Shown: positions 11,973 through 24,209, numbered from the stretch's first letter. The stretch: 64,000 nucleotides of DNA from an uncultured delta proteobacterium (GCA_963761335.1 CAVXGR010000018.1:64001-128000); one strand, 5' to 3'. Program-made: numbers and translations. The notes: a model not told the origin generated them from the letters alone.

Positions 11973-12962
11973 CTACGCCGGCCGTTCGACCAGCTGATTG
12001 ATCAGCTCGAGCAGCTGCTGCCGGTACTCGGTCACCGGCAGCGTGCCGAGGGCAGCGCGTGCCAGATCCGCGTTCACCAGCGCCTGCTCCCGCACCTCGT
12101 CGAGAACTCCGGAGCGCCGCAGGCGGAGAATCGCCCCGGCGATCTCGGGCTCGGTGGGCTCGGGGTTCTCGAACATCTTGCGCAGCTCCTCGTCGCGCTG
12201 CACGCCGAGGACGATCGGCAGCGAGGGGTTGCCGTCGCGGAGATCGATGCCCACCGGCTTTCCCAGTCGGCTCTCGCTGCCGTCGATGTCGAGCAGATCG
12301 TCGATCATCTGAAACGTGAGGCCGACCCGGAAGCCGCACTCCGCCATGGCCTCCAGCCACTCGCGGTCGGCGCCGGCGAGATAGGCGCCGGTGCGCGCGC
12401 CGGTGGCGAACAGCGAGGCGGTCTTGCGCGTGATGATCTCGATGTAGTCGGCGACCGTGACCCGCGGGTTATGGCGAAAGCGCGCCTGCAGGATTTCTCC
12501 TTCGGTGAGGCGGATACAAGCCTCGGCGGCCCAGTTGATCAATGTCTGGTCGAACTGGCCGCAGATCTGAAAGGCGCGGCTGAAGAGGAAGTCGCCGGTG
12601 ACCAGCGTGTTGCCCAGGCCGTAGCGGCGCAGCGCCGACATCTGACCGCGGCGCGCCTCGCTGCCATCGATGATGTCGTCGTGGAGCAGGGTCGCCGAGT
12701 GGATCAGCTCGAGAGCGGCGGCGGCGTCGATCATCGCCGTCGGGTCGTCGCCGCCAGCGGCGCGAAAGGCGAGGAGGGCAACCGCCGGACGCACGCGCTT
12801 GCCACCCGAGCGCACCAAATAGGTGGCGATCTCCGACAGCAGCGGCTCGCGCGAGGTGAGCAGGTCGTCGAGGCGCTGCTCGACCTGCGCCAGCTCGGAA
12901 GCGATCAGTGCACCGGACCGATGCCACAGATCGGGTGCTGGCGTGGGAGCCGCGGGTTTCAT
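11973..12962 (-). CDS. Polyprenyl diphosphate synthase (IspB/HepT-like)
   Basis: GGKRVRP, LLHDDIID, RRG, GDFL, KTA, FQMIDDLLD. Confidence 0.93.
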   Translation of the reverse strand: MKPAAPTPAPDLWHRSGALIASELAQVEQRLDDLLTSREPLLSEIATYLVRSGGKRVRPAVALLAFRAAGGDDPTAMIDAAAALELIHSATLLHDDIIDGSEARRGQMSALRRYGLGNTLVTGDFLFSRAFQICGQFDQTLINWAAEACIRLTEGEILQARFRHNPRVTVADYIEIITRKTASLFATGARTGAYLAGADREWLEAMAECGFRVGLTFQMIDDLLDIDGSESRLGKPVGIDLRDGNPSLPIVLGVQRDEELRKMFENPEPTEPEIAGAILRLRRSGVLDEVREQALVNADLARAALGTLPVTEYRQQLLELINQLVERPA

Positions 12963-13039
12963 CGGTGCCTGCGATTCGGTATCGCCAGATAAGGGAAAAA
13001 GAACGGTAGTGTCAAGGTAATGGCCGCGTGCGACGAGGT

Positions 13040-13117
13040 GGGGACAGGCTCCTTTTCGGCGGCCGACAGGCGGAATTTGGCCGTGGCGCGCCGTCGCCGA
13101 AAAAGGTGCCTGTCCCC
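13040..13117. repeat. REP-like palindrome, family A
   Basis: GGGGACAGGCTCCTTTTCGGC ... GCCGAAAAAGGTGCCTGTCCCC; 78-bp copy at 27340-27417. Confidence 0.8.
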
Positions 13118-13169
13118 TGCAGCCACGGTTCGTTGCTTTTGCCCAGGCGACCCGTTACGTTTCGACGAG

Positions 13170-13538
13170 ATGTCGACACTCTCGGCGCGGCCAACGGAGA
13201 TCAAGCGAATCGGCAAGAGCGCCGTGCAGATCGTCTGGAGCGACGGACACTGCTCCATCTATCCGAACGCGCATCTGCGCAACAGCTGCCCCTGTGCCGA
13301 ATGCCGCGAACGGCCGCCGCGCCTGCTGCCGGTGGTGAAGACCGGCGGCGGCGATCTGTACCCGCTGCAGATCGGTCTGGTCGGTCGCTATGCCGTCAAC
13401 ATCGAGTGGAGCGACGGCCACGACAGCGGTATCTACAGCTACCCGACGCTGCGCGGTGCCTGCCCGTGCCCCGTGTGCCGGCCCGAGACCCCGCGAGAGG
13501 AACCCGTTGCCCGTGGCGACGATCGACGACATCCGTGA
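13170..13538 (+). CDS. DUF971/GBBH-N-like protein
   Basis: WSDGH..Y...LRNSCPCAEC, VGRYAV.IEWSDGHDSGIYSY. Confidence 0.85.
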   Translation: MSTLSARPTEIKRIGKSAVQIVWSDGHCSIYPNAHLRNSCPCAECRERPPRLLPVVKTGGGDLYPLQIGLVGRYAVNIEWSDGHDSGIYSYPTLRGACPCPVCRPETPREEPVARGDDRRHP

Positions 13539-14583
13539 ACGGCTGACCGAGATCCGGCCGCACGGCGCGCGCGACAACGTGGTGGCACTCGGAATGGTCA
13601 AGGGAATCGATCTGCGCCAGGGCACGGTCACCATCCAGATGTCGCCCGGGTCGATGCCGCCGCCGATCCTCAATGCGACGCTCGCCGACATCCGCCGCGC
13701 CGTCGGCGCTCTGCCCGGCGTGCAGGCGGTTGCCGTCCAGCTGGCGGAGCCGCAGCGTTCGCCGGCGGCGGCGCCCGCCGCCGAGCAACGCGCCATCCCC
13801 GGTGTCCGCGACATCGTGGCGGTGTCGAGCGCCAAGGGAGGAGTCGGCAAGTCGACGGTGGCGGCGAACCTGGCGCTGGCGTTGCAGGCCAAGGGGCAGC
13901 GCATCGGCCTCATGGACGCCGACGTCTACGGTCCCAGCCTTCCCACCATGCTCGGCGTCAGCGGCCGCCCGCAGGCCTCGTCGGACAAGCGCCTGGCGCC
14001 GCTCGAGAAATTTGGGCTGCAGCTGATGTCGATGGGCTTCTTCCTCGACGACGAGTCGCCGGTCATCTGGCGGGGCCCGCTGGTCATGGGGCTCGTGCGG
14101 CAGTTCCTCAAGGACGTCGATTGGCACGACCTCGACATTTTGGTGATCGACCTTCCCCCCGGCACCGGGGACGCGCAGCTCACCCTGGTGCAGCAGGTGC
14201 CCCTCTCCGGAGGCGTGGTGGTGACCACCCCGCAGGACGTCGCACTTCTCGACGTGCAGCGCGGCATTGCCATGTTCGAGCAGGTGCATACTCCCATTCT
14301 CGGGGTGGTGGAGAACATGAGCTACTACCACTGCCCGAAGTGCGGCCTCGACGACGACATCTTCGGCAGCGGCGGAGGCGCCCGCATCGCCGAGCGCTTC
14401 GGCGTCCCCTTGCTCGGCCAGATCCCCCTGGTGCCCGCCGTGCGCGCGGGCGGCGACGCCGGCACGCCGATCGTCGCCGAGCAGCCCGATCACCCGGTGA
14501 GCCGCATCTTCGCCGAGATTGCCGGCGGCGTGTTGGCGGGCATCGACGCCGTGCGCGAGCCGGCGCCCGTGATCATCAGCTGA
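13513..14583 (+). CDS. mrp: Mrp/ApbC/NBP35 Fe-S cluster carrier ATPase
   Basis: SAKGGVGKST, DADVYGPS, IWRGP, DLPPGTGDAQL, ENMS..CPKC; GTG start. Confidence 0.93.
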   Translation: MATIDDIRERLTEIRPHGARDNVVALGMVKGIDLRQGTVTIQMSPGSMPPPILNATLADIRRAVGALPGVQAVAVQLAEPQRSPAAAPAAEQRAIPGVRDIVAVSSAKGGVGKSTVAANLALALQAKGQRIGLMDADVYGPSLPTMLGVSGRPQASSDKRLAPLEKFGLQLMSMGFFLDDESPVIWRGPLVMGLVRQFLKDVDWHDLDILVIDLPPGTGDAQLTLVQQVPLSGGVVVTTPQDVALLDVQRGIAMFEQVHTPILGVVENMSYYHCPKCGLDDDIFGSGGGARIAERFGVPLLGQIPLVPAVRAGGDAGTPIVAEQPDHPVSRIFAEIAGGVLAGIDAVREPAPVIIS

Positions 14584-14687
14584 GCCGGGCCGCGGACCGC
14601 CGCCTCCAACCCGGGCCGCGCCGCAGATTTACTGTGCGCAGTCGCCGTGGTAGCCTATCTCGCTCACGTTTTTCTTTCGGAGGAAGC

Positions 14688-15023
14688 ATGGCAACGGTGA
14701 TCACTGAGGAATGCATCAACTGCGGAGCGTGCGAGCCCGAATGCCCCAACAGCGCCATCTACGAGGGCGGCGCCGAGTGGGAGCTGAACGGCGAGTCGCA
14801 CGCGGCCATCCGGGAGGACTTCTACTACATCGCCCCGGAGAAATGCACCGAGTGCGTCGGCTTCTACGCCCAGGAGCAGTGCGCCGCGGTGTGCCCGGTG
14901 GACTGCTGCATCCCGGACCCGGATGTTCCCGAGACCGAGGAGCAGCTCATCGCCCGTGCCCACCTGTTGCACCCGGAGCGGGAGCTCGGCTCTGACTTCC
15001 CCTCTCGATTCCGGGCGCAGTGA
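14688..15023 (+). CDS. YfhL-family 2[4Fe-4S] ferredoxin
   Basis: CINCGACEPECP and CTECVG..QCAAVCPVDC; GGAGG RBS. Confidence 0.92.
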   Translation: MATVITEECINCGACEPECPNSAIYEGGAEWELNGESHAAIREDFYYIAPEKCTECVGFYAQEQCAAVCPVDCCIPDPDVPETEEQLIARAHLLHPERELGSDFPSRFRAQ

Positions 15024-15074
15024 GTCGCGGCTGAGCGGGATGCCGGGATCGACCTGGTCGTGAGATGAACGGCT

Positions 15075-15875
15075 GTGTCCAGCTACTTGCGGCTGCGGGT
15101 CGCTGAAGGGGATGCCGTGGATCCCTCCTGGATGCCCGGATTCGCTCTCTTCCTGCTGGTTACCATCCTGGGCATCGCCTTCACCAGTATCTTCCTGTTC
15201 CGGCGGCGGCCGCGCGATCTGAGCGCGGTGCGCGGCTCGGCCCTGCTCGGCGTCGGTATCCGCGGCTGGCACTACGAGAACTTGCAGCCCTTCGAGGAGC
15301 TGCTGGTTCGCTGGCGGGTACGTCCGTCGTGGCTCTCCTATCTGCAGCTGGGGATCGCCGTCATCGTCGGCGTCGCCTATGCCGAGGGCCTGATCTTCAT
15401 CGGCGGCTGGCTGCTTCTCTGTGCCGGCTCGCTCGACATCCTCGACGGCCGGGTGGCGCGGCGGACGAACAGCGGCAGCCTGCGCGGCGCCTTTCTCGAT
15501 TCGGTGATCGACCGCTACGCCGACTCCTTCGGCTATCTCGGCCTGGCGGCATTCTACGCCCAGTCCTGGATGCTCTGGGTCGTCCTCTTTGCGCTGGTCG
15601 GCGGGCTGATGGTCAGCTACACTCGGGCGCGGGCCGAGGGGCTGGGCGTCAGCTGCCTGGTCGGCATGCTGCAGCGGCCCGAGCGCTATGTTCTGCTGGG
15701 GCTGGGCTCGATATTCGGCTCGCTGGTCGAGCACATGACCGAGTGGCACGTCTTCGGCGCCTCGTATGGCCTGGTGGTATGCACGGTTCTGCTGCTGGCG
15801 GTCTTCAGCAACCTGACGGCGATTCAGCGGGCGATCTACGTGCTCGGGACACTGCACGAGCAGGCACATGAGTGA
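15075..15875 (+). CDS. CDP-alcohol phosphatidyltransferase (PgsA/PIP-synthase-like); start uncertain
   Basis: DILDGRVARR..G..LDSVIDRYAD signature; VSYTRARAEGLG..VG..QRPER. Confidence 0.88.
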   Translation: MSSYLRLRVAEGDAVDPSWMPGFALFLLVTILGIAFTSIFLFRRRPRDLSAVRGSALLGVGIRGWHYENLQPFEELLVRWRVRPSWLSYLQLGIAVIVGVAYAEGLIFIGGWLLLCAGSLDILDGRVARRTNSGSLRGAFLDSVIDRYADSFGYLGLAAFYAQSWMLWVVLFALVGGLMVSYTRARAEGLGVSCLVGMLQRPERYVLLGLGSIFGSLVEHMTEWHVFGASYGLVVCTVLLLAVFSNLTAIQRAIYVLGTLHEQAHE

Positions 15876-16074
15876 CTGGCCAGCGAAGGGACGACGGGTG
15901 AGCGGCATGTTCATCGCCATGCTGGGCGCTGGCTTTGTCTTGGAGAGCCGTGCCTACGATCTCGGCATGGCCCTGGCGCTGGTCGGGCTCTGTCTCTTCC
16001 TATCGGGCTTCGTCGGCGGCCGGAGCCGCGCCGTATCCGTCGGCGGAGAGGATGATCGCGGTGAACCGGCGTAG
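15868..16074 (+). CDS. Small 2-TM hypothetical protein
   Basis: 68-aa hydrophobic ORF overlapping both neighbours in an operon. Confidence 0.5.
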   Translation: MSDWPAKGRRVSGMFIAMLGAGFVLESRAYDLGMALALVGLCLFLSGFVGGRSRAVSVGGEDDRGEPA

Positions 16075-17062
16075 CATCCGCATTGCCGCCAGCTTCCTGA
16101 TCTCCGCCGTCTTCCTGGGCTTCGCCGTGCAGGGCGTCGATTGGAGCGAAGCCGGCCGCGCCCTCGAGAACGCTCACTATCTGACGGTGCTCCCCGTCTT
16201 TGCGCTGATCATCTGGAGTCTCATCGTCCGCGCGCAGCGCTGGCGCTTGCTGCTGCATCCGCTCGGCAAGCCGTCGATGCGCACCCTGGTGGCGGCGACC
16301 AACATCGGCTTCATGGCCAACATGGTGCTGCCGCTGCGCATCGGCGAGGTGGTGCGCCCGGTGCTCGCCAGCCGGCGCGAGCGGCTGCCGCTGAGCGGCG
16401 TCATCGCCACCGTCGTCCTCGAGCGCATCTTCGACATGATGACCGTGCTGCTGCTCTTCGGCATCGCCGCTAGCTTCGTCCCCGTCTCTCCGCAGCTGCG
16501 CGCCTGGGGATATCGCCTGACGGTGCTGGCGGTGGTCATCGCCGGCGTGGTGGGGCTGATCCGCTGGCAGGAGAAGCTGATGCTGCAGGTGGTTCGCCGC
16601 ATCCTGCGCTTCATGCCGGCGGTGGTGCGCGGCCCCGGGGAGCTCTTCTTCGAGGGCTTCGTCAAGGCGCTCGAGGTGCTGGAGAGTCCCACCGCCTTTG
16701 CCCGCGCCTTTGCCTACTCGCTCTACCTGTGGGGGGTGATTGCCGCCTCGAACGCGGTCATCTTCTTCACCTTCGACCTGCCCGTGCCGCTTCTGCTCGG
16801 CGCCGTCGCGGTGACGGCCATCATCGCCATCGCCGTCTCCGTTCCCTCGGCGCCCGGCTACATCGGCTCCTTCCAGCTCGGCTGCATGCTCTCTCTCGCC
16901 CTCTTCGGTATCGATCAGAACCGCGCCATCGCCTACTCGATCGTCCTGCATCTGACGAACTTCATCGGTGTGGTGGGCGCCGGGGTCTACTCTCTGTGGA
17001 CCGAGGGGATGAGCATGCACGACATCGAAGTGGCCTCGGAGGCCCCGGATGTGGCGGCTTGA
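16052..17062 (+). CDS. Lysylphosphatidylglycerol synthase TM-domain (flippase-like) protein
   Basis: RAQRWRLLL, NMVLPLRIGE, LERIFD, PSAPGYIG. Confidence 0.85.
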   Translation: MIAVNRRSIRIAASFLISAVFLGFAVQGVDWSEAGRALENAHYLTVLPVFALIIWSLIVRAQRWRLLLHPLGKPSMRTLVAATNIGFMANMVLPLRIGEVVRPVLASRRERLPLSGVIATVVLERIFDMMTVLLLFGIAASFVPVSPQLRAWGYRLTVLAVVIAGVVGLIRWQEKLMLQVVRRILRFMPAVVRGPGELFFEGFVKALEVLESPTAFARAFAYSLYLWGVIAASNAVIFFTFDLPVPLLLGAVAVTAIIAIAVSVPSAPGYIGSFQLGCMLSLALFGIDQNRAIAYSIVLHLTNFIGVVGAGVYSLWTEGMSMHDIEVASEAPDVAA

Positions 17063-18260
17063 TGGTCGCGCCGTTCTGATCGGCGTCAGCGGCGGCATCG
17101 CCGCCTACAAGTCGGCGGAGCTGGTGCGGGCCCTGGTCACCGCCGGAGCGCGGGTGCGCGTGATGATGACGCGCAACGCCCAGGAGTTCATCACGCCGCT
17201 GACTCTGCAGACCCTCTCCGGCAACCCGGTGGCCACCGACACCTTCAGCCTGACGCAGGAGTCGGAGATCGGGCACATTCGCCTCGCCGACAGCGCCGAG
17301 GTGGTGGTGGTGGCGCCGGCCACGGCCAACGTCGTCGGCAAGCTGGCGCACGGCCTCGCCGACGATCTGCTGACCACGGTGCTGCTGGCGACGCGGGCGC
17401 CGGTGCTGGTGGCGCCGGCGATGAACGTCCACATGTACGAGAATCCACTGGTGCAGGAGAATCTCGAACGCCTGCAGCGCGCCGGAATGCGCCTCGTCGA
17501 GCCCGGCGCAGGGTTCCTCGCCTGCGGCTACGAGGGCAAGGGCCGTCTCGCCGACATCGATGTGATCGTCGCCGAGATCCGCCGCGCCCTGACGCCCGCG
17601 GACATGGCGGGCAAGAGGGTTCTGGTGACCGCCGGCCCGAACCGCGAAGCGATCGACCCGGTCCGTTTCGTCTCCAACCGCTCGACCGGGAAGATGGGCT
17701 TCGCGGTCGCCGCCGCCGCCTGGCGCCACGGTGCCGAGGTGACCCTGATCGCCGGGCCCACCTCGCTGCCGACACCTCACGGTGTGCGCCGCATCGACGT
17801 GAGCACGGCGGTGGAGATGCAGGCCGCCGTCGAAGCGGAGTTCTCGCGGACGACGATGCTGGTCATGTGCGCCGCGGTCGCCGATTACCGCCCGGCGCGC
17901 GCCGCGAGAGAGAAGCTGAAGAAGGGCGAGGGGCGCCTGGTGCTGGAGATGGAGCGCAACCCCGACATCCTCGCCGGCCTGGCGGGGCGCAAGGGCGAGC
18001 GCATCTTCGTCGGCTTCGCCGCCGAGACCACCGATGTGCTGGCGCAGGCCGAGCGCAAGATGCGGGAAAAGAACCTCGATCTGATCGTCGCCAACGACGT
18101 CTCGCGCAGCGACGCCGGCTTTGCCACCGACACCAATGCCGTCACTGTCATCGACGCCGCCGGAGGCCGCGACGCCCTGCCGTTGATGAGCAAGGACGAG
18201 GTGGCGGAGGCGATCCTCGAGCGCGCCCTGTCGTCGCCGTCGTCGGCGGCAGTGAGCTGA
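17049..18260 (+). CDS. coaBC: Phosphopantothenoylcysteine decarboxylase/ligase CoaBC
   Basis: GGIAAYKS, APATAN, PAMN, TAGP.RE.IDPVRFVSNRSTGKMG, GFAAET, VANDV. Confidence 0.96.
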   Translation: MWRLDGRAVLIGVSGGIAAYKSAELVRALVTAGARVRVMMTRNAQEFITPLTLQTLSGNPVATDTFSLTQESEIGHIRLADSAEVVVVAPATANVVGKLAHGLADDLLTTVLLATRAPVLVAPAMNVHMYENPLVQENLERLQRAGMRLVEPGAGFLACGYEGKGRLADIDVIVAEIRRALTPADMAGKRVLVTAGPNREAIDPVRFVSNRSTGKMGFAVAAAAWRHGAEVTLIAGPTSLPTPHGVRRIDVSTAVEMQAAVEAEFSRTTMLVMCAAVADYRPARAAREKLKKGEGRLVLEMERNPDILAGLAGRKGERIFVGFAAETTDVLAQAERKMREKNLDLIVANDVSRSDAGFATDTNAVTVIDAAGGRDALPLMSKDEVAEAILERALSSPSSAAVS

Positions 18261-18306
18261 GGGTGCGGCGGGGCAGCCGATCGGATCGGCGGATCGGCGA
18301 TCGGGA

Positions 18307-18831
18307 ATGGGCCGGGCGCAGCAGCCGCCGCCGGTGAAGCTGGTCGCCGGCCTGCTTGCCACCTCGACGGAGCTTCTCGACGAGGCGCGCGCCATCCTGA
18401 CGAGCCGTTTCGGAACGATCGACGCCCGCAGCGTCCCCACGACGTGGGGCCACAGCGACTACTACGCGGCGGAGATGGGGCCGCAGCTCTGGCGCCAGTT
18501 CGTCGCCTTCGCGGCGCCGGTCTCTCCCGGCGAGCTGGCGCCGATCAAGCAGGCGAGCAACGGGCTCGAAGAGCACTGGCGCGGTCCCTGCGGGCGGTGC
18601 GTCAACATCGACCCCGGCATTCTCGATCTCGACAAGCTGGTCCTCGCCTCCACCAAGAACGCCGCGCACCGCATCTACCTCGCCGACGGCATCTACGCCG
18701 AGGCGACCCTGCGGTTCGCACGCGGGTCGTTCGCGCCCTACGCATACACCTACCCCGACTACGCCGCCGCCGAGACCCTGGCCTTCTTCAACCAGGTACG
18801 CGCCGCGCTGCGTCGCCCGCGCCGGGTTTGA
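18307..18831 (+). CDS. DUF4416-family protein
   Basis: YYAAEMG..L.RQF, NIDPG...VLASTKN..HRIYL..GIYAE, YTYPDY. Confidence 0.8.
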   Translation: MGRAQQPPPVKLVAGLLATSTELLDEARAILTSRFGTIDARSVPTTWGHSDYYAAEMGPQLWRQFVAFAAPVSPGELAPIKQASNGLEEHWRGPCGRCVNIDPGILDLDKLVLASTKNAAHRIYLADGIYAEATLRFARGSFAPYAYTYPDYAAAETLAFFNQVRAALRRPRRV

Positions 18832-18889
18832 GAGCACCTCCGAGAGGGCCGCCCGCCCGGCGGCAACTCTTTGTCTCGAAGACGAAGCC

Positions 18890-19768
18890 CTACGCCGCCA
18901 GGTGATCCGGGCGCAGCACCAGCGACTGCACTTCGCGTTCGATCTCCGGTGTGATGCCGCGCCGGCGCGCCAGCGCCTTGAGCTTTCGTCGCACGTCCTT
19001 GGCGAGGGCGATGGCTTTGGTGCCGGTGGGATCGGAATTCTGCGAGCCGCTCTCGCGGCCGCGCACCAGCAGATCGCCGATGCTCTGCACGCAGATGGAG
19101 TTGTACGCCGGGATGAGGTTGCTCGGCAGCCCGAACTTGGAGCGCGCCGAGACCCGCAGCATCAGCGAGTGCCACTGCTCGAACTGCTGCCAGGCGAGCA
19201 CCGAGTTGAAGATGCGTTTGTTGGTGCGGAAGGAGAAGAGGGTGCGCTCGACGACGTCCTGCACCAGGCGATCGCAGTCGGGAAACTCGGCGCCCCGGCA
19301 CAGGTCGCTGAGCATCTCCCGGTACATGGGGTCCTGCAGCGAATCGAAGCGCGCCTCCCAGTAGACGTGGCGCAGGGCGCGGGCTCGATAGCTGACGATC
19401 AGCTGTGTCGGGATGAAGTGATTGTGGGAGTGCACGTCGGCGGCGAGATGGCTCAGGTAGCCGTAGGCGAAGGCGATCTGGGCGTCGGACTCGGCGCGTT
19501 CGACCAGCTGCCAGCCGACGGTCCACGAGTGGCAGTGGTACTGCATGGCGCGCGTGTATTTCTTGGCCTGGGTGATGTCGGCGCCGACGCAGCCGTAGAG
19601 GTACTCGCGCCAGTAGCGGCGCAGGGTTCCTTGAAGGGGTAGGGCGACGATGCTAAGGTCCCCCATCACTTGTGAGCCGTGTGCAAGATGGGTCAGCGGA
19701 CCCCAGGCGAGCGCTTCTCCGGGCACGAGCGCGATGGCGAGCACCACGGTGATGGCGAGGAGGAGCAT
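18890..19768 (-). CDS. Zinc-dependent phospholipase C family protein
   Basis: Signal peptide then WGPLTH; YGCVGAD, HSW, GYLSHLAADVHSHN, HVYWE. Confidence 0.82.
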   Translation of the reverse strand: MLLLAITVVLAIALVPGEALAWGPLTHLAHGSQVMGDLSIVALPLQGTLRRYWREYLYGCVGADITQAKKYTRAMQYHCHSWTVGWQLVERAESDAQIAFAYGYLSHLAADVHSHNHFIPTQLIVSYRARALRHVYWEARFDSLQDPMYREMLSDLCRGAEFPDCDRLVQDVVERTLFSFRTNKRIFNSVLAWQQFEQWHSLMLRVSARSKFGLPSNLIPAYNSICVQSIGDLLVRGRESGSQNSDPTGTKAIALAKDVRRKLKALARRRGITPEIEREVQSLVLRPDHLAA

Positions 19769-19785
19769 CGTCAGGCGATGCTACT

Positions 19786-20559
19786 ATGCGGGTGCGCAAC
19801 ACTCAAGGTGACCTGAGCGCGGCAATTGCGGGTCTGCGCGCCTACGTCGAATATATGCAGAGCACTGGAGTCGAAGGCTTCCCGCGCGGGCCGCTGCCGC
19901 GCGCCGGCGGTGGCGAAGCCGTTGGCCCCGAGGCCGCCGGTCGCGGCGGCGGGCGCTCTGGGGCGCCGAGCGCTCCCGGCGGTGCGGGTGGAATCTCGCC
20001 GGGCTCGCCTCTCCATCTGCTGCGCGACGAGATCGGCGATTGCCAGCGCTGCAAGCTGTGCCGTGCCCGGACCAACATCGTCTTCGGCGTCGGCGATGCG
20101 AACGCGGATTTGATGTTCGTCGGCGAAGGGCCCGGACGCGACGAGGACCTGAAGGCCGAGCCGTTCGTCGGCCGCGCCGGTCAGCTGCTCACGGAGATCA
20201 TCACCAAGGGCATGAAGCTGCGCCGGCAGGACGTGTACATCGCCAATGTCGTCAAGTGCCGGCCGCCAGAGAACCGCAACCCGGAGCCGGACGAGATCGC
20301 CGCTTGCGAGCCCTTCCTGATTCGCCAGATCGAGGCCGTGAAGCCGAAGGTCATCGTCGCCCTCGGCAAGTTCGCGGCGCAGACGCTGCTGCGCTCGAAC
20401 ACGCCGATCAGCCGCCTGCGCGGCACATGGCACGACTACCACGGCATCAAGCTGATGCCGACCTTGCACCCGGCCTACCTGCTGCGCAACCCGGCGGACA
20501 AGCGACTGGTCTGGGAAGACATCAAGCTGGTGATGGCGGAGCTGGGGCTGCACCCATGA
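19786..20559 (+). CDS. Family 4 (Fe-S) uracil-DNA glycosylase; start uncertain
   Basis: CQRCKL, GEGPG..ED...[24 protein letters not shown]. Confidence 0.93.
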   Translation: MRVRNTQGDLSAAIAGLRAYVEYMQSTGVEGFPRGPLPRAGGGEAVGPEAAGRGGGRSGAPSAPGGAGGISPGSPLHLLRDEIGDCQRCKLCRARTNIVFGVGDANADLMFVGEGPGRDEDLKAEPFVGRAGQLLTEIITKGMKLRRQDVYIANVVKCRPPENRNPEPDEIAACEPFLIRQIEAVKPKVIVALGKFAAQTLLRSNTPISRLRGTWHDYHGIKLMPTLHPAYLLRNPADKRLVWEDIKLVMAELGLHP

Positions 20560-21908
20560 GGCGCGCCGCGGCCGTCATCGTCGTGACCCTGCTCGCCGGC
20601 GCGGCCCTGGCGGCGGCACCCACGCGGACGCCGTCGACGCCGGCGCCACCGACACCGAGCGGCAAGCACGCCGCCCGCGTCAACCTGATCACCATCGACG
20701 GCATGATCAATCCGGCGAGCGCCGATTACATTCGCGAGGCAATCGCGCGTTCGCAGGACGAAGGCGCCGACGCTCTGATCATCGAGCTCGACACGCCCGG
20801 CGGCATGCTCGACTCGACCAAGTCCATCGTCAAGGATCTCCTCGGCGCGCCGTTGCCGGTGGTGGTCTACGTGGCCCCGAGCGGCGGCGGCGCCATCTCC
20901 GCCGGAGTATTCGTTACCCTGGCCGCCAACATCGCCGCCATGGCTCCGGGGACCAACATCGGCGCCGCGCACCCGGTCGGTGGCGGCGGCGAGAACATCG
21001 AGGGCGACATGCGCGAGAAGGTGGAGAACTTCGCCGCCTCGCTCAATCGCTCCATTGCCGAGCAGCGCGGACGCAACGCGGATTGGGCCGAGAAGGCGGT
21101 GCGCGAGAGCGTCACCGCGACCGAGACCGAGGCGCTGAAGCTCGGCATCATCGACATCGTCGCCACCGACGTCCCCGATCTCCTGCGGCAGATGCAGGGC
21201 CGCGAGGTGGCGGTCGCCGGCCGCAAGGTCCAGCTCGACGTGGCGGGGGCCACCGTGCAGCCGATCGACATGCGGCTCAAGCAGAAGATTCTCAACGTGC
21301 TCGCGCATCCCAACGTCGCCTATCTGCTGATGATGGCGGGCATTCTCGGGCTCTACGTGGAGTTCACCCACCCCGGTGTCTTCTTTCCGGGAATCGCCGG
21401 CTGCATCTCGCTGCTGCTCGGCCTGACCGCCCTGCAGGTGCTGCCGATCAACTACGGCGGTCTGGCGCTGATCGTCCTCGGGGTCGCCCTGCTGATCGCC
21501 GAGCTCTTCCTCCCCACCTTCGGCATCGTCGGCATCGGCGGGCTGGTCTCCTTCGTCATCGGCTCGCTGCTGCTCTTCGACACTCCGGAATCCACGGTCG
21601 GGGTCGATCCGGCAATCGTCTTCGCGGCGGCGGCCACCCTCGGGATCTTCACCCTGATCGTCGGCACGCTGGTGGTGCGGGCGCAGCGCAGCAAGCCGTC
21701 GCTCGGCGCCGAGGGCATGGTCGGCCAGCGGGGCGTGGCGCGCACGCCATTGCGTCCGGGCGAACGGAGCGGCAAGGTCTTTGTCCATGGGGAATACTGG
21801 AGTGCCGACACCGACGAGCTCATCGAGGCCGGCTCCCGCGTCCAGGTCCTGGGCGTCGACGGCATACGCGTCCGCGTGCGCGCGGTGAAGGAAGGAGAGA
21901 GGGCATGA
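20556..21908 (+). CDS. NfeD-family membrane serine protease
   Basis: [22 protein letters not shown]-terminal OB fold [10 protein letters not shown]. Confidence 0.92.
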   Translation: MRRAAAVIVVTLLAGAALAAAPTRTPSTPAPPTPSGKHAARVNLITIDGMINPASADYIREAIARSQDEGADALIIELDTPGGMLDSTKSIVKDLLGAPLPVVVYVAPSGGGAISAGVFVTLAANIAAMAPGTNIGAAHPVGGGGENIEGDMREKVENFAASLNRSIAEQRGRNADWAEKAVRESVTATETEALKLGIIDIVATDVPDLLRQMQGREVAVAGRKVQLDVAGATVQPIDMRLKQKILNVLAHPNVAYLLMMAGILGLYVEFTHPGVFFPGIAGCISLLLGLTALQVLPINYGGLALIVLGVALLIAELFLPTFGIVGIGGLVSFVIGSLLLFDTPESTVGVDPAIVFAAAATLGIFTLIVGTLVVRAQRSKPSLGAEGMVGQRGVARTPLRPGERSGKVFVHGEYWSADTDELIEAGSRVQVLGVDGIRVRVRAVKEGERA

Positions 21909-22657
21909 TCGGACCACTCACCACGGTGCTTCTGCTGGTGGCGGTGATCGTTGCCAGCGGCATCAAAGTCCTCAAGGAGTTCGAGCGCGGCGTCGTCTTC
22001 CGGCTGGGACGGCTGGTGGCGCATCGCGGGCCGGGGCTGATCTACTTGCTCCCGGTGGTCGAGAAGATGCAGCGCATCGACCTGCGCACCGTGACCATGG
22101 ACGTGCCGGGGCAGGACGTGATCACTCGCGACAACGTCTCGGTGAAGGTGAACGCCGTGCTCTACTTCCGCGTCGTCGACCCGAGCAAGGCGGTGATCGA
22201 GGTCGTCGACTATCTCTTCGCCACCTCGCAGCTGGCGCAGACGACGCTGCGCAGCGTCTGCGGTCAGGCGGATCTCGACGAGCTGCTCTCCGAGCGCGAA
22301 AAGCTCAACACCCGGATGCAGGAGATCCTCGACCAGCAGACCGACCCGTGGGGGATCAAGGTGGTGACCGTCGAGGTCAAGCACATCGATCTGCCGCAGG
22401 AGATGCAGCGCGCCATGGCGCAACAGGCGGAGGCGGAACGCGACCGGCGCGCCAAGGTGATCAACGCCGAAGGCGAGTTTCAGGCGGCGCAGCGCCTCGC
22501 CGACGCTTCGGCGAAGATCCAGGAGCACCCCATCGCCCTGCAGCTTCGCTTTCTGCAGACGCTCAACGAGGTCGCCTCCGAGAACAACTCGACGACGGTG
22601 TTTCCCATCCCCATCGATCTCTTCAAGCCGTTCCTGACGCCCGCCAAGCCGAAGTGA
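21905..22657 (+). CDS. Slipin/stomatin (SPFH) protein
   Basis: [42 protein letters not shown] overlap with nfeD. Confidence 0.93.
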   Translation: MIGPLTTVLLLVAVIVASGIKVLKEFERGVVFRLGRLVAHRGPGLIYLLPVVEKMQRIDLRTVTMDVPGQDVITRDNVSVKVNAVLYFRVVDPSKAVIEVVDYLFATSQLAQTTLRSVCGQADLDELLSEREKLNTRMQEILDQQTDPWGIKVVTVEVKHIDLPQEMQRAMAQQAEAERDRRAKVINAEGEFQAAQRLADASAKIQEHPIALQLRFLQTLNEVASENNSTTVFPIPIDLFKPFLTPAKPK

Positions 22658-22679
22658 GTCAGTAGCCCGTATATCGTAT

Positions 22680-22743
22680 CTCGGTGTCTCGGTAGCTCAG
22701 TGGCTTCGTGGAGCTCCGATAGCGAAGCTGAGCCACCGAGCCA

Positions 22744-22745
<2 letters not shown>
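22680..22745. repeat. Imperfect palindrome between convergent genes, possible terminator
   Basis: CTCGGTAGCTCAGTGGCTTCG ... CGAAGCTGAGCCACCGAG. Confidence 0.5.
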
Positions 22746-24063
<1,318 letters not shown>

Positions 24064-24138
24064 GCGCCGGACTCTAGGCCATGCCGCATGAGTGGGAGTT
24101 AGCCAGATGCGATTCGTTTTGTCGAGACGGCGAGGCGA

Positions 24139-24209
24139 GGTTGTTACGTTGTTGGTTGTTGGTTGTTAGGTGGTATGGGCCGCAACAACCTAACAACCAA
24201 CAACCCAAC
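24139..24209. repeat. Family B palindrome (TTGTTGG/TTGTTAG heptamer arms)
   Basis: GTTGTTGGTTGTTGGTTGTTAGG ... CCTAACAACCAACAACCCAAC. Confidence 0.75.

Noticed and set aside
24139..24209. GTTAGG/CCTAAC motifs (also at 47649) as attC sites
   Set aside because: Order is GTT...AAC rather than AAC...GTT, and the arms are heptamer tandem repeats of family B
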